Source of the DNA: Antedon mediterranea
Taxonomy: Eukaryota > Animalia > Echinodermata
Direction: 5' to 3'
Length of the DNA: 64,000 nt
NCBI RefSeq assembly: GCF_964355755.1
Contig: NC_092674.1
Location: 31,744,001-31,808,000 of the forward strand
The translations under genes and the position numbers were made by a program. The number at the start of each line of letters is the position of its first letter. The stretch's first letter is position 1. The notes under the pieces are model-generated. The model saw only the letters and a list, made by a program, of their open reading frames with translations. It was not told the DNA's origin and did not search any database. Below, piece after piece: positions 38,301 through 51,300 of this stretch.

Positions 38301-40465
38301 TTCACATTGTCTTATATGTAAACATTGTGATCGCTACCAATCCCCTTTGATTTGTGACATTCACATTATCTTATATGTAAACATTGTGATCATATCAATA
38401 CCAATCTTACCTTTGATTTGTGACATTCACATTATCTTATATGTAAACATTGTGATCGCTACCAATCCCCTTTGATTTGTGACATTCACATTGTCTTATA
38501 TGTAAACATTGTGATCGCTACCAATCTTACCTTTGATTTGTGACATTCACATTGTCTTATAATTATATATAAACATTGTGATCAATACCAATCTTACCTT
38601 TGATTTGTGACATTCACATTATCTTATATGTAAACATTGTGATCAATACCAATCCCCTTTGATTTGTGACATTCACATTGTCTTATATATAAACATTGTG
38701 ATCAATACCAATCCCCTTTGATTTGTGACATTCACATTGTCTTATATGTAAACATTCTGATCGCTACCAATCCCCTTTGATTTGTGACATTCACATTATC
38801 TTATATGTAAACATTGTGATCGCTACCAATCCCCTTTGATTTGTGACATTCACATTGTCTTATATGTAAACATTGTGATCGCTACCAATCTTACCTTTGA
38901 TTTGTGACATTCACATTGTCTTATAATTATATATAAACATTGTGATCAATACCAATCTTCCCTTTGATTTGTGACATTCACATTATTTTATATGTAAACA
39001 TTGTGATCAATACCAATCCCCTTTGATTTGTGACATTCACATTGTCTTATATATAAACATTGTGATCAATACCAATCCCCTTTGATTTGTGACATTCACA
39101 TTATCTTATATGTAAACATTGTGATCGCTACCAATCCCCTTTGATTTTTGACATTCACATTATCTTATATGTAAACATTGTGATCGCTACCAATCCCCTT
39201 TGATTTGTGACATTCACATTATTTTATATGTAAAGTTGACATTTAATCATTTCTGTTAGGTATCTACGAGGCATGATTGTAAGAAGGAAATTTGAGGCAG
39301 TGAGGTTGAAGTCACAAGTGCATGCCAGTACTTTTAAGAAGTTTCTAGATTACTATTGTGCAATGATGAAACGTATTGCTCGTCGCTATCTTGTCAATAA
39401 ACCACGCATCCATTTTGATCTGTGGCAATTGGATGATTTCATGGAAAGAAAAAGACGTAATTTACATTTTTCAAAATTCTATTTCAAATTAACAAAAAAG
39501 ACTTGCAAATGTTGAAGAATGTTGTATAAACGCAAATTACCTTACAGTTTTATTTTATTATTATTATTAGACTATGAATATGTGTTTGCAAAGCAAGCTC
39601 ATCCTGGTGATGAATTAGAAGTTAAAGATTTAGAGGTCTACTTCAAAGAATGTGACCATTATCCATCCATCACAGAAATGCATGATGCCATCAAGCATGT
39701 CACCAAAAGTAAGTTGTTTTGCTATCAATGAAATTCACAATTTACTGAAACTTTACAAACAATTCTCATATAACAAGAATGAAATTGCGTATAATTAGTA
39801 CACATTGTACCTTGCACAATAATGAAAAATGCCGCACTCTTTATGTCACATGGTTTCTATAGAGTATTTATTGAATATCATAACTCACAATCCTTTAATC
39901 AAATTTTATAAAAATATAGCAATTTATGGTGAAATGCATAATTATGACAATATTTCGTTAAATTATTAGAAGATGCACAGAAACCAGGATTAAAGTTAAA
40001 AGAAGCAGAAGTCGTTGAAATATCCTTCCAAATATATGTACCACCTGGCTGTGGCTTAACTACAGATAAAACTCGCAAATCAACATGGCTAAACCCACTT
40101 GTTAAAGGTGTGGAAGCTAGAAGGCTTATGGGTAAGATAACAAACCGCAGATTACATTTTTATTTAAATAATATTCTGACTTTTTATTGGTTGAGGTCTT
40201 GTAACGGTATTGTATTGTACATCCATAGTATTCCTACTGTTGTAACACCAAAGTAGAGACCCAAATAATGAAGCTACCAATAATGTTTAAAATAAGTACA
40301 CTCAATTTATTAAAATATACATTGTTAACCCCTTTATAAATGTACAAACAAAATCTTACAGGAAGCAGTGAGGTTGAAGAGGCTCAGTTAAGAAGGTCAA
40401 TGGCACTGGTGTTTAGTACTTTCAGAGAAAGAAAAGATAAAGAAGCAATGGAAATAAAACAGTAA
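17324..40465 (+). CDS. Large multi-exon IQ-motif protein with IQCM-like C-terminus and long S/P-rich disordered middle
   Basis: Phase-compatible exons can be chained from MAKLDLNIRG (17324) through 17555, 18263, 21321-21469, 22376-22540, 22642-22683, 30272, 31006-31030, 31121-~31636, ~32697-32870, 33081, 33854 and onward. The IQ motif AAITLQK|YLRGMIVRRKF is split by the 34656-39259 intron. The C-terminal RKSTWLNPLVKGVEARRLMG resembles IQCM-family proteins. Stop TAA 40463-40465. A split into two genes near 31650 cannot be excluded. Confidence 0.72.
20270..21206. repeat. Intronic minisatellite: ~7 copies of a 67-69-bp unit followed by ~10 copies of a 44-bp deletion derivative
   Basis: Long unit AATATACTCATCATGCTGTTTATCATCAGTACATGCAATATAAAAACTGTATGGAACATTGTGTGTACC. 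The short unit lacks the segment between two ACAT words. Confidence 0.95.
21421..22180 (+). repeat. 66-bp tandem repeat (~11.5 copies) made of exon 3' end plus 5' splice site
   Basis: Unit ATAGCTCACMTGTGYCWCCTCCAAACAGTTAYAGACCTGCATCCACATG|GTAAGTATGCCTATTTA. The first copy is the true exon end (donor GT at 21470). Confidence 0.95.
23011..30179. repeat. 59-bp intronic satellite, ~121 copies, with a 2077-bp higher-order repeat
   Basis: Unit TATTTGTGTAGTTTGWAGTCTTGATACTGCTGTATATGTACTGAATTTGCTTCTCTATT. Diagnostic variants recur at a 2077-bp offset. Confidence 0.97.
30283..30424 (+). repeat. Coding 69-bp (23-aa) internal duplication
   Basis: TSLRSAGGSWSVRRPKTPDTSMK followed by TSPRSAGGPWSIRRSKTPEASIK. 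Confidence 0.85.
31494..31638 (+). repeat. Coding 36-bp repeat x4 (TSSYWSTNEVEG)
   Basis: Four identical ACAAGTAGCTATTGGAGTACAAATGAGGTTGAAGGT units at the end of an exon. Confidence 0.95.
34816..39234. repeat. Second, unrelated 59-bp intronic satellite, ~74 copies
   Basis: Unit AAACATTGTGATCGCTACCAATCCCCTTTGATTTGTGACATTCACATTRTCTTATATGT. It fills the intron that splits the IQ motif. Confidence 0.97.
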
Positions 40466-41197
40466 TATAGGAAAATAAATATTACATTTTCACTCTCTAA
40501 TATTTAATAACCATGAACAAAATGCAGGTAAACATTCCATAAACACCTTTATCTCTAAATTGAGACAGTCAGTCCATATTAATTAGAAGTAATACTAATG
40601 TGGATACGCTATTTCTTTTTTTTTTTCCGAAATCTTATATTATTTGTATATACTATAAAAGAATATTATTGTAAATCACAAAATTTATAAATTTTATAAG
40701 GGAATTACTGACTCATTGAGTCATAGTGGCTTAGGTCGCTTTTGCTTTTCCTGACCTAATTTTTTTTTATAATAAATAAATTAATTAAATGCCTTAACGG
40801 ACTATTATTGTCATTTTCATCATATGTTGTAGTCATTGCCAACTTGTTTATACTTTGTACTATACTTATATTAACAGACACAGGTAAAAAAAGTAAATGG
40901 GTGTGAGGTTTTTTTTGGTAACTGAAATTGTTTTCTACAACTTTTTTATATAATTATTATTTCAATATTTGCTATTCATAATTAACGGTACTGTGATTTA
41001 AAATGAGCAATAGAATTAATAAAGATGAATTTCATTATATTGTGAAATGTTGTATGCCTTGTGACATTTAAACCACACTGATATTACTTTTAATTGACCA
41101 GCACATCTATTCAAAACATGACGCATGTGAACAATTACATATTTATTTACAAAATGTCGGGTTTATAATAGTGAATTATCCATTTAGTAGTCCTGCC

Positions 41198-44100
41198 TCA
41201 TGTGGCTGAAACTGTTCTTTCAGTACGAATACTACGAGGATTATCTCGGCCTGCATCCGCCTTGGCTGCAGCCTCTGCTTCTGCAGCAGCAGCTTGGGCT
41301 TGAAACTCTGAAACTCTTTCTAAAAACTGAAATGATAACCAAAACATTTTTTTTAATATTGCTTAAAAACAATATATTATTTTGTGAGGTAGCCCAAAAT
41401 ATTTCAGTTACACAAAAATCCTACCTCTGGCATTCTTGTGTTTTTCTTCTCAATAAACTGTTTGAATGATTTGGAGCCATGCAGTGGAGCCAGTTGTTCA
41501 TCCATTCCTAAACTCTTTTTTTTGGACTCGGACATTTCTTTATCCTTTAATGCTCTAGGGTCTTCAAGAGGCTATTGGAAAGATTGAAATATATGTGATA
41601 CTTTAATATTTTGGGCCTATCAGATTACATTAAACCTGAGAAAATGTTATGTATACCAACTTTCAACAGATGAAACAATTTTGATCGGATGTATTTATAG
41701 AAGTCCAAATAGTACACCGGCCAATAATGAGTTGCTGGAAGATTTATTAGGAAAGGTAGAAAATTTCAATTCAGATCACATTTTAGTAGTTGGAGATTTC
41801 AATTATAAATCGATAGATTGGACATCGTTAGAAATTCCTGGTGAAAGACTTTCAAGAAATTTTTTTGAGTGTATTGAAGATTTGTTTTTGGTACAGCATT
41901 GTACACTACCTACAAGAGTTCGGGCAGGTGAAGAACCAAGTGTTCTTGACTTAATTTTTTCTAGAGATGATTTCTTAATTAAGAATTTATGTTATAAACC
42001 GCCTCTTGGTCTTAGTGACCATGTTGTTTTGACTTTCAATATTGATTGTTCTATAGAATCCACTGAAGTACCATTGATGAGAAATTATTACAAAGGAGAT
42101 TATAACGGCATGAGAAAGTATTTAGAGGATCTGAACCTTGAGCAAGCTGCTTTAGATTTATCTGCTAATGATTTGGCTACATTGATTGAATGTTCCCTTC
42201 AGGATGGAATTTCAAAATTTATTCCTCTTAATAGAAAAGGTAGTGGAAAAAGAAAACAATGGATGAATAGAGACGTGGAAGAAGCGATTAAATTAAAACA
42301 TAAAGCGTGGAACGTTTACCAAAACAAAAAAAATGAGTTGTCTTGGAATGAGTTTGTAAAAGCAAGAAATAGGACTACTGCGAAAAGAAAATTAGCTGAG
42401 GAAGTCAAAATTAATACTAAAGTAAAGCATTTTGGACGTACATAAAAAGCAATTCCAAATCTAAACAAGGTATTCCTGACTTGAAAGATAAAAATGGAGT
42501 TATTGTGTCTTCTAATTCAATGAAAGCAGAAGTTTTTAATACTGCCTTTGTTCAGGTTTTTACTGAGGAAGATTTAACCGAACCTCCCAATTTTGATGAA
42601 GTAAAGACGGATGCTTTGATCGATTCAGTTATGTTTGAAGTAGACGAAGTTATTGAATATTTCAAGAGCTTAGATGTAAATAAATCTCCTGGTCCAGATA
42701 TGATTAATTCTCGTGTATTGAAAGAAACTGCAGAAACAATTGGTGGAGTAGTTACTTTACTTTTTAATAAATTGATGTTTGAAGGAGTAGTTCCAGACTC
42801 ATGGAAAAGAGCCGATGTTGTCCCTTTATATAAAAAAGGTGATAAGTCTGAACCTCTCAATTTTAGACCAGTTAGCTTAACTTCTGTAATGTGTAAGTCA
42901 ATGGAAAAACTTGTTAAAGATAAAATATACAAACATCTAGAATCACATCATTTAATTTCTGACCAACAACATGGTTTTTGCTCTGGCAAGTCGTGTACAA
43001 CTCAGTTAATTGAGGTCATTGATTTGTGGTCGGTATGGTTGGATAAAGGTTTTTCTTTTGATTGTATTTATTTCGACTTTCAGAAGGCCTTTGATAAAGT
43101 GCCTCATGGTAGATTGTTATCTAAACTCAGGTCTTATGGTATTTCTAGCAACTTGTTAAGGTGGATCGAGTCCTTTTTGAGTGATCGAAAACAAAGAGTT
43201 GTGGTAAATGGGAAGAAGTCGGTGTGGCGAGATGTTATTAGCGGAGTGCCTCAGGGCAGTGTCCTGGGGCCATTATTACTTGTCATTTTTATAAATGATC
43301 TACCAGACGCTATTTCCCAATCTGTCATTAAGCTCTTTGCAGATGATACAAAGTTGTTCAGAATAATTCAATCCGATTCAGATACTAAAAATGTAATGTA
43401 GACTGACATAGATGCAATGTGCAAATGGTCTCATGATTGGCAGCGGCTACCGTTTAATTTGACCAAGTGTTTAAATCATTCATTTTGGGTCAAAGAATTT
43501 GATGTATGAATACTTTATTGGCCTTGGTGACAACAAAGTTGGTATTGATAGCGTTTCTCAAGAAACAGATTTAGGAATACTGATTGATCATAAACTAGAC
43601 TTCTCTGCCCATACTTCCAAGGTTGTTAAATCTGCAAACAGGATACTCGGTATGGTGACTAGATCCTTCAAGTATCTTGATAGTAAGAGTTATATGTATC
43701 TGTACAAATCTATGATCAGACCTATATTGGAATATGGTGGTAGTTCATGGACACCTCTGTATCAGAAAGATTACAATTGTTTAGAAAAAGTCCAACAGAG
43801 ATCCACATGGTTAGTGTCTGAATTGAGGAGTAAGCCATATGCAGAGAGATTGAAGTTATTGGATTTGCCTACCTTAGCCTTTAGAAAGAAAAGAATGGAT
43901 TTAATTCAAACTTTTAAAATCTTTCATAAATTTGATAATATCGAGGCGGGAAAATTATTTCAAAGATCTAACTACCAGCAAACCAGGGGGAATGTTTTTA
44001 AGGTATCGAAATCCAAATATAATAAAAACATTAGAAAAAGAGCATATGCAGTTAGAGTTATAAATGATTGGAACTCGCTACCAAACCATAATTGTGACGG

Positions 44101-47100
44101 AACCAACGATTAACAAGTTCAAAACCGGCATAGCAAAGTTATGGCCTGACCACCATCTCAAGTTTCGCCCATATGTTACCGAGGAGTTCTCATTGATGAC
44201 ATTGGAGGGACAAATGAGCTAAGTTCTCAAAGTCCTACGGTTCAAGGTATATTCAAGGTAACATTTTTGTATATGTATGTACAATACAGAACAAATGTTA
44301 TAAATTTTAGTAAACATACTTCATTAGCTCTTCGTCTTCTCCAGTCTTTAGGATCCAAGTACCATTCACCATACTTCATTTTGACCCAGCTTGGACTGTA
44401 ACCAGTTTGACCATACTGCAAATAAAATAATATTTGTTCTAAAATTGAATTAAATGAAACAACAAGTAAACCTGTATTTATGCCCCAATCACAAACAAAA
44501 CTCAATGTTGAACTTTCTATAACGCTCAGTTAACCCTATAAATCCTAATTTTTGTAAAAAATAACTAACCAATTGTTTTTGAGTTTTTTCAACATCTTCT
44601 AATGTTTGAGTTTGTGTTTCTTCCTGAGATATTGTTGCTGTCATTCTCAGTTCTGGTGGAACATTTGTCAACTCCACAACATGAATTGGAACTGAGAGGG
44701 CAGGCTTTGTTTCATAGCCACTAGCAAATAAGCTGTGAATTGTTGATTCCTCAATGTTGTGGCTCTCGCCTCCAACACCAGCTACCCATTCACAGAACTC
44801 TTTCGTAACAACTTTGATGTGTTCTCCTTGACTAGGAGAATCACTTTGTTTTTTTGTGCTTTTTTTCTCATCTCTCTGCTCATCCTCTTTCTTAGGTAAC
44901 CACCGGTAGGGATTCCTTGTTGCTTCTTCCTCTGTTCTATTATAAAAATAAATATATCATTAAATGTAACATTTATTCATAAAATTAAGTGGAAAAATAA
45001 GAGTTTATCAAACATTGTTAACAAAGGAAACCGTAACATCTGACTGTTTTGATGAAATATGAGTGTGATATGCTATTATGCTAAAAGGACTTAAAACTGT
45101 GATAATTGTAAACAGACAAATGAATGCTGCAGCTAAAAGACATGAATAGACCATTGGAGAGATGAAAGTTGTTGGCTGTGTTCTCCACACATATGCACAA
45201 TTCAAGTGACTAAGCTGTTGTACATCAATTTATTTTACTCTACCCGCTGCAATTATGGTTTCATAGGATGAAAATCGTGAGTACTAAAGAAAATGGAAAC
45301 TTTGAAATCTAACATGAAGTTTAATGTGACTCATACTTGCTTGATACATTTGACTGTCTTTCATTTTGATGGGTATATGATATACTTTCTGTTGTCAAAT
45401 CATCTGCAAACTGGTCTTCTTCCTCATCAATTTCACTTGCTAGATTCATCTCTGGATCTAAGACATCAACTACATCTTCAAATACCTTTACTCAAAGAAA
45501 TGATACAATGTTAGTGCATTATGTTTGAATGTATACATTTTAAAAGAAAGCAAATCTTTCAGAAAAATGTTCTTTCTCGAGTTTTATAATGAATATACCA
45601 AATAAATGTCCAGTTATGAGCCAATACAGAGTCTTGAAATACTCTTAGTATAATAAAATTATTGTAATATTCTTACTACTATTTTTTTGTTAATGTCTTT
45701 GTAATAACACTCTAGCATTTGGCAACATTTTGTATCTTTTTATGCATGAATTAAACAAGAATGTACTTTCTAAAAACAAAAGGATAAATATTGCAACTTA
45801 CATCAGGAGGCATAGATTCTTCAAGATGTGGAAACAATGCTAAGGGGTGTTGCAATAGTCCATACTCCATGTCATTAATGTGATCCCTCCGTTGCTGTTG
45901 TAAAGGTGTAGTCTTCTGAAAAGCAACTTCATCTTTTGTGAAGCGCCCTCCATTCACTGATTGCACATTTGGAAATTTGGTTTTACTGTCACCATGTATA
46001 TTTGGCTCCAAAGATTTTGATCCCTATCAGACAAAAGAATGATTTGTACAATGGTTCAATATCTGCATGGTTATATGAAAGATAAAAAACTTTTAATTTA
46101 CTCATCTATTGAGTACAAGGGTTAAGCTGGCTTTACTTTACTTATCATCATCTTTATTTACCATTTCCTAAACAGATATTTTTTTATAATTTGCCTGATA
46201 CTGTACACTGTGACTGTGAAACTTATCTGAATACTGATCATTTTGATTCTGATGAGTTTGTCACCCGGTAATACTACTGAATTGGGTTTACACATACACT
46301 TACTTTGACAATTGGGTTTATTGCTTCCAACCTGGGGGGTAAACCATCACGGAAATCATCTAAACCATTCTGCATAAATGTCCACTTAGAACCTATTAAA
46401 GTCTTTGATATATCATTTGGTTTCTTGCCCTTAATGAATCTTGTTTTTAGTCTTTCCTTATACCTTCAGAAGAAAAGTTTATTATTAAACACCTTAATAT
46501 ATTTATTCAATACATTATTATGGAGTATGGTCACGTCGGCCACATACCACATCGGCTACATACAATATCTATGGAACGCCAAAACTGCCACACAATAAAT
46601 GTACTAATTAGTATTTGACACAGTAACACAAACACACACTGAATCTATTTCTTTTAGTATTATTATCATTATATATCTCACACTTTTCTTGTTCTTTTTT
46701 CATACTAGATACCGTTATTGCGGCATACAGACGTGATTGATTTCAGACTTATTGGTGATGTTGACGTATTAATATAGCCTACGTTATTTGTGTTTTTATA
46801 TTAACGTTTACGTGATTTTTCCATATTCATTTTATTATTGATAGGCCTGAAATAAATAAATTTACGATATTTTTTATATAATAGTATTAAACTGTATCGC
46901 GGCATACAGACATGGTTGATTTTCGACTTATTGGTGATGTTGCCGTATTAATTATATACCGTACGTTATCTGTGTTTTTAAATTAACGTTTGCGTGATTT
47001 TTTCATATTTTTATTATGCAATAAATAAATTTACAATAAATTTCATACTTCGTATTATACATTGATCAAAAGCCTACTAGCCTAGGCCAGGCCTATTTAG

Positions 47101-47547
47101 TATTATATTTTTTCCATTCATAAAAAAACTTAATGTAGGCCTAGGCTAGCCTATAGGCCTAGGCTAGCCTATAGGCCTAGGGCCTAGGCTAGGCCTAATA
47201 AGTAAGTTTAGCTTTTTAGAGGCCTAGGCCCTACCTAGAGGTCCTAGGCTAGTGTTTTAGATTTGTGTATTATTTTTGCTAGGCATAGCCTAGTGTTATG
47301 CAATGCTTGGGTACTACTAGCTAGGCTAGGCCTGCTTCATTAGTCACACTCTAACCTTCTGCCGGCCGGTCAAGTTGACTGCCTGCAGCGGTGCTGGCTT
47401 TCTTTTTGTCTTTAAAAGGTTAATAGTAATGTATGATGATCGAAAAAAGAAAGAGCAGTCCAGTAAAAATACTCACCATGGTTGCTCTCTTACTTTCTTT
47501 TCGGTTACTGTATTCACAAGAGCTAAGTCATACTTCCATTCAGCCAT
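41198..47547 (-). CDS. FAM47: FAM47-family protein (FAM47E-like), multi-exon
   Basis: Spliced translation [24 protein letters not shown]|YKERLKTRF...[19 protein letters not shown]...[19 protein letters not shown]...[28 protein letters not shown]...[14 protein letters not shown]...[21 protein letters not shown]|FLERV. Stop TGA 41200-41198. GLDDFR, HPLAxxPHL and KYGxWYL are FAM47 hallmarks. Confidence 0.88.
41670..44260 (+). mobile_element. 5'-truncated, disrupted CR1-clade LINE (APE endonuclease + reverse transcriptase), antisense in a FAM47 intron
   Basis: APE motifs IYRSPNS, GDFN, LDL and SDH. RT motifs [36 protein letters not shown] and FADDTK. Frameshifts near 42420 and 43470, stop at 43399-43401. 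Short tandem tail TTCAAGGTA(TA)TTCAAGGTA. Confidence 0.93.
46520..47035. repeat. Probable non-autonomous element remnant with ~180-bp direct duplication in FAM47 intron
   Basis: CGGCATACAGAC...ACTTATTGGTGATGTTG...CGTGATTTTT at 46721 and 46900. Short repeats CACGTCGGCCACATAC/CACATCGGCTACATAC and ATCTATGGAACGCCA near 46530-46581. Confidence 0.55.
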
Positions 47548-47549
47548 CT

Positions 47550-48392
47550 TCTACATACAAAATAGAGTTACCACCATTATTTTTAATTTGTATTTTGCAC
47601 CTTAGAATTGATTCTTTAATTGCCAAAGCACACCATCCATGCCATGCAATACCATACAATACTGTTTTTGTTTACATTTGTCGTCATGAAAACCGACCCA
47701 GTGCGAGTGTTGTGTGACGCGTATGTGTTTTTAATGATATTTTGACGTTGGCGGCGCGCTGCTGTTGAGACATTTTTGTCAAATAATTTAATAAAAATTA
47801 TTTCTTTCATTCATGTTAGTACAATTTAGCTCTGTAATAAACTGAATAGGCTTAGATTTAGCCTATATTACTATTAGTTAACTAATATAATAATGGAAAG
47901 GTAGGCCTATGCCTAGCCTAGAATCGTAAGCCTAGCTAGGCCTAGGCCCTAGGCCTAAATAGGAGGCTAGGCCAAACTAGACTCTCTACTAATTAAGTAG
48001 CCTAGTAGGCTAGTCTAGACTAGTACTAGTAAGGCCTCCGAGGAGGCCGCCTAGGCTAGCCTTCTGTTTTGGTCTTTTTAGAGTATCTAGGCCTAGGCTA
48101 GGTAGGCTAGTATTAGAGGCTTGAAGGAGGCTGGTAATAACATGTACTTGATATCATTTTATATATTTTGCAGTTTTGTTTATATTTTAGAGTTTTAGTA
48201 CGGCAATGCAATGTACTGTATATATTGTAGTAGTAGGCCTAGTTGTAGTAGTAGGCCTATACATCTTTCTTATTCTTATTTTCTTTGTAGGTGCATTAAT
48301 GGATAAACCACAGTAGGCCTACTAATCAATTTGTTCTTATGTTTTCTATATCATCATAATCATCATCCTCAGTTTCCTTCTTAGACAGAGAC
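47550..48392. promoter_or_regulatory. Probable bidirectional promoter region between FAM47 (-) and KIF3A (+)
   Basis: Start codons are ~850 bp apart, head-to-head, and each is preceded by an acceptor (5'-UTR introns). A CpG-rich patch at ~47680-47770 is flanked by CTAG/AGGCCT-rich tracts. Confidence 0.6.
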
Positions 48393-51300
48393 ATGACAGT
48401 AAGTATTAATGTCAATCAGAGACGATTCAGCCCACTTTTGGCCTAACGTCCCATTTTATTTTTAGTGTGCTGAAAGTGTAATCCCCGGTGTAATCAAATT
48501 GATATAAGAGTAAATAAAAATGTTATGAAAAGTCCATCAAGTTACTGCATACAATTGACTGGAAACCTTGAGTTCTTTTAAAAATGTTTGTTTCATGTGC
48601 ATATGGTATTTATGTTATTATTTTTAATAAAAATGAGAATAATAAAGGTATAAATACACAAGATACCTAAAAAAAGAGAACCCTAAAAATAACCCTAACC
48701 CAATTATTTTGTTGACACTAGAGATTGTTATTATAAAAAAAAAGTTCTATTTACTTTGTGAATGAACTTAAATTTATTATTATTTAACACAGATTAGTTT
48801 AAAAAAAAAGAAACTTAAATTAATTTTATTTATTCATTACTAGAACAAAGACAAGGATACTGTTCAAGTGGTGGTTCGCTGCCGTCCACTCAATGAAAAG
48901 GAAAAAGCAAAAGGTTTTAAAATGGCAGTGAAAGTTGATGAGGCGCTTGGACAAATTCAGGTGACAAATCCCAATGCCCCTGCGGGAGAACCCGCTAAAA
49001 CCTTTACATTTGATACTGTGTTTTCTCCAACCTCAAAACAAGTGGATGTTTATAACCAAACTGCCAGGCGCATTGTTAATGCTGTACTTGAGGGTTACAA
49101 TGGTAAAGACAATTATATAATTTAATAAAGATGATGTGTTTACTATACTAAGCTAAGAATGTTTACACTGGTTGCAATATGTATAATTCATTCTCTATGT
49201 TTATTCTTCATTATTTTTAGGTACAATTTTTGCATATGGGCAAACAGGGACTGGAAAGACATTCACAATGGAGGGTGTACGCTCACAGCCAGAGCTAAGA
49301 GGAATTATTCCAAACTCGTTTGCACATATATTTGGACATATTGCAAAGGCAGAAGAGAAAACACGTTTTCTAGTTAGAGTTTCTTATTTAGAAATCTACA
49401 ATGAGGAGATACGAGATTTGCTGAGCAAGAATCAGTCATCTAGGCTTGAGGTAAAATATATTTTATTGTTTACTTGTGAATAAATAAATATATTAATCAT
49501 TTGATATTTGTTTTACCTAAATTTGTACAGTAGAATTGAGTGTGTTTGACAAATACTTAAGCTATTCTTTATTTAAAGGTTAAAGAAAGACCTGATGTTG
49601 GTGTCTATGTGAAGGACTTGTCTGCATTTGTTGTCAATAATGCTGATGATATGGATAGGATCAATACAATTGGAAATAAAAATCGTTAGTATTTGTATTT
49701 GGTAGACTTGACTTGATTGTCTTAATACAACACCCATATACAGTTTGAAGATAGTAGGATTGACTCCACATACAATACATAGTCCATCATTCAGTATAAT
49801 GTAACTTGATTGCATTAGATTGTTGATTTTATTTAAGGATCTGTGGGGTCTACAAACATGAATGAACAAAGTTCAAGATCACATGCCATCTTCACCATAA
49901 CAGTGGAAAGAAGTGATGAAGGACTTGATAAAGAGCAGCATGTCAGGGTTGGAAAGTTGAACCTTGTAGATTTAGCTGTGAGTTAATTCATTGCAACAGT
50001 TCCTTTTATTATTCATATATTGCCATTTTAATTTATTATTTGTAGAGTTTTGAGAGGCAGTCAAATTATTGTTGGCTTTATTATTGATAATTTATTATGT
50101 GTAGAGTTCTGAGAGGCAGTCAAATTATTGTTGGCTTTATTATTGATATTGCTGTTGTAATTTATTATGTGTAGAGTTCTGAGAGGCAGTCAAATTATTG
50201 TTGGCTTTATTATTGATATTGCTGTTGTAATTTATTATGTGTAGAGTTCTAAGAGGCAGTCAAATTATTGTTGGCTTTATTATTGATATTGCTGTTGTAA
50301 TTTATTATGTGTAGAGTTCTGAGAGGCTGTCAAATTATTGTTGGCTTTATTATTCATATTGCTGTTGTAATTTATTATGTGTAGAGTTCTAAGAGGCAGT
50401 CAAATTATTGTTGGCTTTATTATTGATATTGCTGTTGTAATTTATTATGTGTAGAGTTCTAAGAGGCAGTCAAATTATTGTTGGCTTTATTATTGATATT
50501 GCTGTTGTAATTTATTATGTGTAGAGTTCTGAGAGGCAGTCAAATTATTGTTGGCTTTATTATTGATATTGCTGTTGTAATTTATTATGTGTAGAGTTCT
50601 AAGAGGCAGTCAAATTATTTTTGGCTTTATTATTCATATTGCTGTTGTAATTTATTATGTGTAGAGTTCTAAGAGGCAGTCAAATTATTGTTGGCTTTAT
50701 TATTGATATTGCTGTTGTAATTTATTATGTGTAGAGTTCTAAGAGGCAGTCAAATTATTGTTGGCTTTATTATTCATATTGCTGTTGTAATTTATTATGT
50801 GTAGAGTTCTAAGAGGCAGTCAAATTATTGTTGGCTTTATTATTGATATTGCTGTTGTAATTTATTATGTGTAGAGTTCTGAGAGGCAGTCAAATTATTG
50901 TTGGCTTTATTATTCATATTGCTGTTGTAATTTATTATGTGTAGAGTTCTAAGAGGCAGTCAAATTATTGTTGACTTTATTATTGATATTGCTGTTGTAA
51001 TTTATTATGTGTAGAGTTCTGAGAGGCAGTCAAATTATTGTTGGCTTTATTATTCATATTGCTGTTGTAATTTATTATGTGTAGAGTTCTGAGAGGCAGT
51101 CAAATTATTGTTGGCTTTATTATTCATATTGCTGTTGTAATTTATTATGTGTAGAGTTCTGAGAGGCAGTCAAATTATTGTTGGCTTTATTATTCATATT
51201 GCTGTTGTAATTTATTATGTGTAGAGTTCTAAGAGGCAGTCAAATTATTATTGGCTTTATTATTGATATTGCTGTTGTAATTTATTATGTGTAGAGTTCT

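Noticed and set aside
23011-39234. Common origin of the two 59-bp satellites
   Set aside because: Same period but no alignable sequence on either strand by eye; treated as coincidence or a shared length bias.
41681-44113. Retron, DGR or other novel reverse transcriptase system
   Set aside because: APE plus RT with CR1-type motifs, frameshifts and a tandem tail indicate an ordinary decayed LINE.
47354-47408. GC-rich AG...GT-bounded 54-nt segment in FAM47 intron as a coding exon
   Set aside because: In the required phase it creates TGA immediately. At most it is a poison or non-coding exon, with no support.
48678-48702. TAACCCTAACCC telomere-like seed
   Set aside because: Only two units, too short to call an interstitial telomere or element.
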